Assembly: GCA_963632935.1 (NCBI GenBank)
Contig: CAVGWA010000003.1
Coordinates: 5,444-69,443, forward strand
Source of the DNA: Oscillospiraceae bacterium
GTDB taxonomy: Bacteria; Bacillota_I; Bacilli_A; RF39; UBA660
Length of the DNA stretch: 64,000 bases
Direction of reading: 5' to 3'
Position numbers and translations under genes: made by a program. This document shows positions 57,130 through 64,000 of the stretch, one piece after another; the first letter of the stretch is position 1, and each line of letters starts with the position of its first letter. Under the pieces are notes generated by a model. That model saw nothing but the letters and a program-made list of their open reading frames with translations. It was not told where the DNA came from and ran no database searches.

Positions 57130-57279
57130 ATTTTCGAGTTTCTTTTAGATGAATATTATATTTAAAAGAAAAAACAGATTGATTTAAAAATATAGTATAA
57201 ATTATACAATAGTAGTTAGTTTGAGTATTTAATCATTGCATTGTATAGTGTAATGATTTTTTTAGGAGAAGTGAATTTT

Positions 57280-58413
57280 GTGAAAAAAAATGAGCCGATA
57301 AGAGTAGCACAAATTATAGGTAAATGGCTTGGTGGTGGAGTGGAATCTGTCGTAATGAATTATTATAGACATATTGATAGAACTAAAATTCAGTTTGATT
57401 TTATATGTGATGAAGATTCTACGAATATTCCATATGAAGAAATAGAAAAAATGGGTGGTAAAGTTATTTTAATACCACCATATCAAAAAGTTTTTAAGTA
57501 TCATAAAAAACTAAAAGAAGTATTAAAAGCTGGTGGATACAAAATAGTTCACTCACATATTAATACATTATCAGTTTTTAGTTTGTTTGCTGCAAAGTGT
57601 GCTGGAGTTCCAGTAAGAATTGCACATAGTCATAGCACGACAAATAAAAAAGAAAAAAAGAAGAATTTATTAAAGCAAGTATTAAGACCATTTAGCAAAG
57701 TATTTGCAACAGATTATATGTGTTGTTCAGAACTTGCTGGCAGATGGTTGTTTGGAAACAAAGAATATGATAATGGTAATGTTTATCTTTTAAACAATGC
57801 AATTGATTTAGATAAATTTAAATATGATGAAGAGAAAAGAAAAGAAAAAAGAAAAGAATTAAATATAGAAGATGATACTTTAGTAATTGGTCATGTTGGT
57901 AGATTTGTTGAACAAAAAAATCATAGATTTTTAATTGATATATTTAATGAAGTACATAAACAAAAAGAAAATTCTATTTTATTGCTTGCAGGACAAGGCC
58001 CTTTAATGGAAGAAATGAAAGAAAAAGTTAAAATATTAGGAATAGAAGATAGTGTTAAATTTTTAGGGCAAAGAAATGATATAAATGAATTATATCAAGC
58101 ATTTGATGTATTTTGCTTACCAAGTCTTTATGAAGGATTGCCAGTTGTTGGAGTTGAAGCACAAGCCACAGGATTATTATGTGTATTTTCTGATGATATG
58201 ACAAAAGAAACAAAAGTGTTGGATACTACTGAGTTTTTATCACTAAATCAGAGTGTAGAAGAGTGGGCATATACAATTTTAAAGAAATATAAATCATTTA
58301 AAAGAAAGAATTGTACCAACGAAATTTCTAAAAAAGATTTTAATATAAAAAAAGAAGCAAATAAATTAACTCAAAAATATTATGAAGAATATAGAAGAAA
58401 GGTGACGAATTAA
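57280..58413 (+). CDS. Glycosyltransferase, GT4 family (GT-B fold)
   Basis: IRVAQIIGKWLGGGVESVV N-terminus and a C-terminal EGLPVVGVEAQATG (E-x7-E-like) motif. The GTG at 57280 after AGGAGA is preferred over the TTG at 57241. Confidence 0.8.
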   Translation: MKKNEPIRVAQIIGKWLGGGVESVVMNYYRHIDRTKIQFDFICDEDSTNIPYEEIEKMGGKVILIPPYQKVFKYHKKLKEVLKAGGYKIVHSHINTLSVFSLFAAKCAGVPVRIAHSHSTTNKKEKKKNLLKQVLRPFSKVFATDYMCCSELAGRWLFGNKEYDNGNVYLLNNAIDLDKFKYDEEKRKEKRKELNIEDDTLVIGHVGRFVEQKNHRFLIDIFNEVHKQKENSILLLAGQGPLMEEMKEKVKILGIEDSVKFLGQRNDINELYQAFDVFCLPSLYEGLPVVGVEAQATGLLCVFSDDMTKETKVLDTTEFLSLNQSVEEWAYTILKKYKSFKRKNCTNEISKKDFNIKKEANKLTQKYYEEYRRKVTN

Positions 58414-59459
58414 TGAAAGTATTACATTTAATATGTACTGATGTTTTCTCGGGTGCAGAAAATGTAGCATGCCAAATAATAAACGGATTTCAAAATGACA
58501 AAAATTTTCAAATGGTGTATTGTAGCCCTAGTGGGCCAAATGAAACAAGCTTAGCTGAGAGAAAAGTAAAACATTTAAAGCTTAATAAATTTGATTATAA
58601 ATCTACAAAGAAAGCAATAGAAGAATTTGAGCCAGATATAATTCATGCTCATGATATAAAAGCAAGCGTTATGGCTTCTTTAATATGTGGAAAAAAAATA
58701 AAAATAATTTCTCATGTTCATACGAATCATGAAAATATGAGAAAAGTAAATATTAAAACGTTGATGTTTAATTATTGCTCTAAGAATTTTTCCAAAATCA
58801 TATGGGTTTCACAAAGTGCTTTTGATAATTATATATTTAAAGATAAAGTTAAAGAAAAATCAATTATTTTATATAATGTAATTAATAAAAAGGAAATAAT
58901 CAATAGTATAGAAAATGACAATAATAAATATGAACCATTTGATATTATTTATTTAGGAAGATTGACTTATGCTAAAAATTCTGAAAGATTAATAAAAATA
59001 ATAAAAGATATCAAAGTGAAAGGTTACAATATTAGGGTAGCTATAGTCGGAACAGGAGAATTGTATGAAAGTATAAAAGAGTTAATAGATAATTTTGAAT
59101 TAAATGGGAATGTAAAATTGTTTGGTTATGTTACAAATCCTTACAAGATTTTAAATGATTCTAAAATATTAGTTATGACATCAAGATATGAAGGAACCCC
59201 AATGGTAGCATTAGAAGCAATGGCATTAGGTAAGCCTATAATTAGCACACCCACAGATGGCTTGAAAGATATTGTTAGACAAAATAAAAATGGGTATTTA
59301 TCAAGCAATGACAGTGAACTAGTGGATACTATTATCAGTTTGCTGAAAGATGATAAAAAATTGAAAGAATATTCTAAAAATGCGTTACAACAATTTGATG
59401 AAGTAAGTGATATTAATAAATATATAAATAAAATTAGATGCATATATAACAACAAATAA
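58413..59459 (+). CDS. Glycosyltransferase, GT4 family (GT-B fold)
   Basis: MKVLHLICTDVFSGAENV and YEGTPMVALEAMALGKPII (E-x7-E). ATGA-type overlap with the upstream GT. Confidence 0.85.
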   Translation: MKVLHLICTDVFSGAENVACQIINGFQNDKNFQMVYCSPSGPNETSLAERKVKHLKLNKFDYKSTKKAIEEFEPDIIHAHDIKASVMASLICGKKIKIISHVHTNHENMRKVNIKTLMFNYCSKNFSKIIWVSQSAFDNYIFKDKVKEKSIILYNVINKKEIINSIENDNNKYEPFDIIYLGRLTYAKNSERLIKIIKDIKVKGYNIRVAIVGTGELYESIKELIDNFELNGNVKLFGYVTNPYKILNDSKILVMTSRYEGTPMVALEAMALGKPIISTPTDGLKDIVRQNKNGYLSSNDSELVDTIISLLKDDKKLKEYSKNALQQFDEVSDINKYINKIRCIYNNK

Positions 59460-59472
59460 GAGAGGAAAGAAA

Positions 59473-60447
59473 ATGAAAAAAATTTCAATAATTATTCCAT
59501 TATATAATGCCGAAAAGTACATTGAAAAATGTTTATATTCTATAAAAAGACAAACCTATAGTAATTATGAAATAATAATTGTTGATGATGGTTCAAAAGA
59601 TAATAGTTTAAAAATGTGTGAAAAGTTCAAAAATGAAAATAAAAATATAATTTTGAAAATTTTTACTCAAAAAAATGAAGGACCTTCAAGTGCAAGAAAT
59701 AGAGGAATAGCAAATGCAGAAGGAGATTACATAACATTTGTAGATTCAGATGATTATTTAGAAGAAAATTTGTTGGAAGTTCTTTTAAATTGTTGTGAAA
59801 AAGATACTATGGTTAGAAGTAATTATAAAACATTTAAAGGTAATAAAATTTTTAATAATAAAACTGAAAGAGATAAGATTTTGGATGGTGATTTTATTGA
59901 AAAAATACTAGCTAATTCATTTCCAGGATGTGTTTGGGGTTGCTTGTTTGAAACAAAAATAATAAAAAAAATGAAGTTTTCATCTGAATTACATTTTATG
60001 GAAGATACATTATTTCTAGTTGAATACTTAAACAATATTAAATATGTAAAATTTGTTGAAGCAAATTATTATTATTGTTTAAGCAATACAAATAGTATTA
60101 CGTTATCAAGTGATAACATTTTAAACAATGTAAAGTCTTTTAATAAATCTCTTGATGAAATTAATTTGATTACAAAAAATAGTTATGAAAAATTAATTGA
60201 TAACAAAAAAATTATATTAATTGAAAAAGAATTAGCTAAAGTAAACAAATTTAAAGAATTAAAAACGATAATAAATAATCAAGATTTCATAAGTATAATT
60301 AATAAAATACAAAAAGAATACATTAATAGTAAAATCTATTCAATATTACTTAGTATGTACCTAAATAAAAATTTATTATTTATTTATATATATGTGAATT
60401 TTAGAAAAGTGTTGAAAAAAATAAAGAAATTAGGTGAAAAAGAATGA
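59473..60447 (+). CDS. Glycosyltransferase, GT2 family (GT-A fold)
   Basis: ISIIIPLYNAEKYIEKCL, VDDGSKDNS, FVDSDD (DxD). Confidence 0.85.
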   Translation: MKKISIIIPLYNAEKYIEKCLYSIKRQTYSNYEIIIVDDGSKDNSLKMCEKFKNENKNIILKIFTQKNEGPSSARNRGIANAEGDYITFVDSDDYLEENLLEVLLNCCEKDTMVRSNYKTFKGNKIFNNKTERDKILDGDFIEKILANSFPGCVWGCLFETKIIKKMKFSSELHFMEDTLFLVEYLNNIKYVKFVEANYYYCLSNTNSITLSSDNILNNVKSFNKSLDEINLITKNSYEKLIDNKKIILIEKELAKVNKFKELKTIINNQDFISIINKIQKEYINSKIYSILLSMYLNKNLLFIYIYVNFRKVLKKIKKLGEKE

Positions 60448-61418
60448 AATTGTCAATAATTATTCCAGTATACAATGCCGAAAAGTATTTAGAAAAGTGT
60501 ATGAAATCAATTTTTGATAATATTGAAAATTCATTCGAAGTAATACTTATAAATGATGGATCGAAAGATAATAGCTTAAAAATTATAAAAGAACTTATGA
60601 AAAAGTATAAAAATATTGAACTTATAGATAATTCTAATAATGGAGTTTCATACTCTAGAAATCTAGGAATTAAAAAAGCTAAAGGTAATTATATAATGTT
60701 TGTAGATGCTGATGATGAACTTAAAAAAAATTGGTTTGACAAGATAAATCGTTATATGACAGAAAATTATGATATAGTTTATTTTTCAAAGTACAATTTA
60801 GACTCTAATAAAAATGATTTGCTAAAATATATAATTGGTTATAATAAAGAAAATATATGTATAGCTGGTCCATATTCAAAAATTTTTAGAAAAGAATTTA
60901 TTGAGAAAAATAATATTTTATTTAATGATAAAATAATAAATGGAGAGGATATGTTATTTAATATTGAAGCATTAAGTAAAGCCAAAAAGATACAAAGTAT
61001 AAACGAGCCAATTTATTTGTATAGAAGATATGTAGGTCAAACTACAAAAAAATTTGATATCAGAATATTTGATTCTGATGTATTATTTCATGAAAAAATT
61101 ACTAATCTATTAAATGATTACGATATTTTGGAAGATGATAAAGAAAAAATAAAAAAATTTTGCTTGCAAGGAGCTATTATAATGCTTTATGAGAGGATAT
61201 CTTACATTGAAAAGTATAGTGATGCAAAGAAGTATATATGTAGGTTATATAGTTTTCCATATAATAAGGCAGAAACTTTGTGTTTGATGGTTAGTAAAAG
61301 TAATAAAATTAAATATGCATTATACAAAATTAAACCGAAATGTCTTTTGTATCATTTGTTTAGATTTATACGAAGAAATAAATTCAAAAAAAATAGTGAA
61401 GAATATATTTTAATATAA
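60444..61418 (+). CDS. Glycosyltransferase, GT2 family (GT-A fold)
   Basis: LSIIIPVYNAEKYLEKCM, INDGSKDNS, FVDADD. 4-nt overlap with the upstream GT2. Confidence 0.85.
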   Translation: MKLSIIIPVYNAEKYLEKCMKSIFDNIENSFEVILINDGSKDNSLKIIKELMKKYKNIELIDNSNNGVSYSRNLGIKKAKGNYIMFVDADDELKKNWFDKINRYMTENYDIVYFSKYNLDSNKNDLLKYIIGYNKENICIAGPYSKIFRKEFIEKNNILFNDKIINGEDMLFNIEALSKAKKIQSINEPIYLYRRYVGQTTKKFDIRIFDSDVLFHEKITNLLNDYDILEDDKEKIKKFCLQGAIIMLYERISYIEKYSDAKKYICRLYSFPYNKAETLCLMVSKSNKIKYALYKIKPKCLLYHLFRFIRRNKFKKNSEEYILI

Positions 61419-61430
61419 AAGGAGAAAAAA

Positions 61431-62573
61431 ATGAAAAAGATAGGAATAATAACGTTTCATAATTCATATAATTGTGGTTCTATGCTTGAATCATATGCAA
61501 TGCAAAAATCCATTGAAAAATATTGCAGTGATAATGTAGAAATAATAGATTTTTCTAATGAAGGTCAAAAAAATTTATATAAAATATTTTTTAAGAATAA
61601 CTCTTTGAAAAATATTTTAAAGAATATTTTATTGTTGCCTAATCATAGAAAATTAAAAATGAATAATATGAAATACGAAGAATTTAGAGATAAAAATTTT
61701 CATTTATCAAAAAGTAAATTTAATAATATGAATGAACTAAATGATAAAGATTATAGTTGTATTGTTTCTGGGAGTGACCAAATTTGGAATGTGACTATTC
61801 CAGATGCAGACGACGCATATTTTTTGCCATGGGTAAATAGTGCAAAAAAAGTAGCTTATGCACCAAGCTTTGGTTCAAAAAATATACTAAAATATGCGAA
61901 AGATCCTGAAAAATATAAGAAATATTTAATGAACTATGATTATTTATCTATACGTGAAAGAAATGGACAAAAATGGATTAAAGATATGATTAATAAAGAG
62001 GTGCCTGTACTAATAGATCCAACTTTAATTTTAACAGCACCTTGCTATGATGAAATACTTGCTAATGATATTAATGAAAAAGAAAAATATATATTTTTTT
62101 ATTGCCCAAGTTTTAATCAAAATATATGTAAATATGTAAAGAAAATTTCAAAAAAATATAATTTGAAAGTAATAACATGGAGTTGTAAATCATATAGCAC
62201 AAGAATGATAAAAAGATTCGGCTTTGAACTTGCTAAATACGAAAATCCATCATCTTATTTATACTATATAAAAAATGCTGATTTAGTATTAACTACTTCG
62301 TTTCATGGAACAATATTTTCGACTATTTACAATAAGAAATTTTTTACTATAAAAAATGGAGATATGTATGGAGATGATGACAGAGTTATAACTCTTTTAT
62401 CACAATTGAAAATGCTAGATAGACTTATTGCATATGATTTTGATAATAATTTTAATTATTTGAAAGAGGTGGATTATTCCGAATACAATAATCAAATAAA
62501 AGAATTGCAGATGGAGGCAATAAAATATTTGAGGGAAAGTGTTGGTGGAAGAGAAAATGAAAACAACAAATAA
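61431..62573 (+). CDS. Polysaccharide pyruvyl transferase family protein
   Basis: The KIGIITFHNSYNCGSMLESYAMQK N-terminus and the central SGSDQIWN block are typical of PS_pyruv_trans (CsaB/WcaK-like) proteins. Confidence 0.7.
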   Translation: MKKIGIITFHNSYNCGSMLESYAMQKSIEKYCSDNVEIIDFSNEGQKNLYKIFFKNNSLKNILKNILLLPNHRKLKMNNMKYEEFRDKNFHLSKSKFNNMNELNDKDYSCIVSGSDQIWNVTIPDADDAYFLPWVNSAKKVAYAPSFGSKNILKYAKDPEKYKKYLMNYDYLSIRERNGQKWIKDMINKEVPVLIDPTLILTAPCYDEILANDINEKEKYIFFYCPSFNQNICKYVKKISKKYNLKVITWSCKSYSTRMIKRFGFELAKYENPSSYLYYIKNADLVLTTSFHGTIFSTIYNKKFFTIKNGDMYGDDDRVITLLSQLKMLDRLIAYDFDNNFNYLKEVDYSEYNNQIKELQMEAIKYLRESVGGRENENNK

Positions 62574-63951
62574 AAATTTTATGTATAATATAGTGTATCA
62601 AATTTTTATTTTCATCATTCCACTAATTTCAACGCCTTATATTTCTAGAGCATTAGGTGTTGAAAACGTAGGGATATATTCTTATACATATTCAATAGTT
62701 TACTATTTTATGCTATGTGGTTTAATTGGAATAAATAATTATGGATCGAGAAAAATAGCCAAAAGTAGCGAGGATAAAGAAAAAATGTCAGAAAATTTTG
62801 TTAATATATATTGTTTACAATTTATTTTGACATCTATAATGATTGTTTTTTATTATATATTTATATTTTTTATATATAGATATAATTTGAAAATAATGTT
62901 AATACAATCCGTTTTTTTACTAAGTGTGCTACTGGATATTAATTGGTTTTTCTTTGGAATAGAAAAGTTTAAAATTACTATTAGTAGAAACATTATAATA
63001 AAAGTACTTTCATTAATTTTAACTTTTGTATTTGTAAAAGATAGCAATGATTTATGGAAATATACTCTATTGATAAGTGGAAGTACTTTTATTAGTCAAG
63101 CTTATTTATGGTTGCATATAAAAAAATATATAAAATTTAGTAAACCATCATTTAAAGAAATTGTGAAGAATTTGAAGCCTTGCTTGATATTGTTTATTCC
63201 TATAATAGCATATTCTATATACAGAGTTATGGATAAAACTATGATTGGAATGTTTTCGAATACTATTGAACTTGGAAACTATGAGAGTGCTGAAAAGATA
63301 ATTAATATTCCTATTAGTTTTATAACAGCTTTAGGTACAGTAATGTTGCCACACATGTCAAAAACCAATGATAAAGAATACGAAAAAAAGATAATGGATA
63401 CATTTAGACTAACATTTTTCTTTATTATGCCTATGTGTTTTGGAATATTCTTAGTAAGTTCTGATTTTGCAACAATTTTCTTTGGAAAGGAATTTGAAAT
63501 TACTGGCAATATTATCAAACTTTTAATCCCAACTGTAATATTCACATCAATAGCAAATGTTATTAGAACAAGCTATTTAATTCCAAAAGAAAAAGACAAC
63601 ATTTATGTATATTCAACTATTATTGGAGCTGTTGTGAATTTTGTGCTAAATTTAATATTTATAAGGGAATATGGTGCATATGGTGCGTGCATTGGTACCA
63701 TAGTAGCTGAATTTTTTGTTATGCTTTATCAAATTGTGTGTACAAAGAATTTTATTGATTATAAAAATGTGATTAAATTTTTTATAAAATATTTATATAA
63801 ATGTATAGCCATGTCACTTATAATTATAGTTGTAGGATGTTTGATAAAAAATATATATTTAAAATTATTATTACAAGTATCTATTTCTGCATTATTTTAT
63901 TTCTGTATTAATTTTAATTATATAAAATATGATTTTTTGGGAGGAAAATAA
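62557..63951 (+). CDS. wzx: Oligosaccharide flippase (Wzx, MOP superfamily)
   Basis: About 12-14 TM helices. PLISTPYISRALGVENVGIYSYTYSIV is the typical Wzx N-terminus. Confidence 0.8.
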   Translation: MKTTNKNFMYNIVYQIFIFIIPLISTPYISRALGVENVGIYSYTYSIVYYFMLCGLIGINNYGSRKIAKSSEDKEKMSENFVNIYCLQFILTSIMIVFYYIFIFFIYRYNLKIMLIQSVFLLSVLLDINWFFFGIEKFKITISRNIIIKVLSLILTFVFVKDSNDLWKYTLLISGSTFISQAYLWLHIKKYIKFSKPSFKEIVKNLKPCLILFIPIIAYSIYRVMDKTMIGMFSNTIELGNYESAEKIINIPISFITALGTVMLPHMSKTNDKEYEKKIMDTFRLTFFFIMPMCFGIFLVSSDFATIFFGKEFEITGNIIKLLIPTVIFTSIANVIRTSYLIPKEKDNIYVYSTIIGAVVNFVLNLIFIREYGAYGACIGTIVAEFFVMLYQIVCTKNFIDYKNVIKFFIKYLYKCIAMSLIIIVVGCLIKNIYLKLLLQVSISALFYFCINFNYIKYDFLGGK

Positions 63952-64000
63952 TGAAAAAAATTAATATGAAAAATTGCTGCCTAATAATTAGTGTTTTTTT
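63951..64000 (+). CDS. Start of the next capsule-locus ORF (truncated by the window end), product unknown
   Basis: ATGA overlap with the wzx stop codon. Only MKKINMKNCCLIISVF is visible. Confidence 0.3.
   Translation, partial: MKKINMKNCCLIISVF

Noticed and set aside
1-64000. A search of the whole window for CRISPR arrays, rRNA, prophage modules, retron/DGR-type reverse transcriptases, toxin-antitoxin pairs or clustered defence genes.
   Set aside because: I found no regularly spaced repeats, reverse-transcriptase or Cas-like ORFs, or phage structural genes. The only tandem repeat is the 2 x 23-bp duplication at 57049-57094.

Overview
This is a visibly AT-rich chromosomal segment (GC not computed) from a spore-forming low-GC Firmicute, as shown by an alpha/beta SASP and CotE. 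The compact, fragmented operon order hints at an Erysipelotrichales- or Clostridia-like lineage, but that is inference only. There are about 75 genes, nearly all on the + strand. Most are core functions: mutM-pyk, tmcAL, ezrA, thiI, rpsP-KH, uppS-cdsA-rseP, tRNA-Leu(GAG), rmuC, rnr-smpB-ssrA (tmRNA), rimP-nusA-ylxR-infB-rbfA, L20 leader-infC-rpmI-rplT, mraY, tig, T-box-leuS, ruvAB-queA-miaA, dinB, tex, uppP and ffh. From about 54.0 kb to the window end lies a Wzx-type capsule/EPS locus: Wzz-like protein, BY-kinase, PHP phosphatase, priming sugar transferase, 2 GT4, 2 GT2, pyruvyl transferase and flippase. It is split by a 440-bp regulatory-looking spacer that contains a perfect 23-bp tandem duplication. 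Accessory or odd content: an Rpn fragment at the left edge, a class B sortase with two frame breaks, a Fic protein, an orphan pseudopilin, an orphan histidine kinase, a solitary VirD4/TraG-type coupling ATPase with a long acidic tail, a 5'-truncated and frameshifted IS4-family transposase remnant, and an ADP-ribosylglycohydrolase fused to an alpha/beta-hydrolase domain directly downstream of ssrA. I saw no CRISPR array, rRNA, prophage or recognisable multi-gene defence system. No multi-gene novel system can be supported from the sequence alone. The best candidates for follow-up are the solitary coupling protein, the ARH-hydrolase fusion, the spacer inside the capsule locus, the L20 C-terminal extension, the unusual tmRNA tag and the T-box-controlled small membrane ORF. 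All coordinates and motifs were read by eye; no searches were run.
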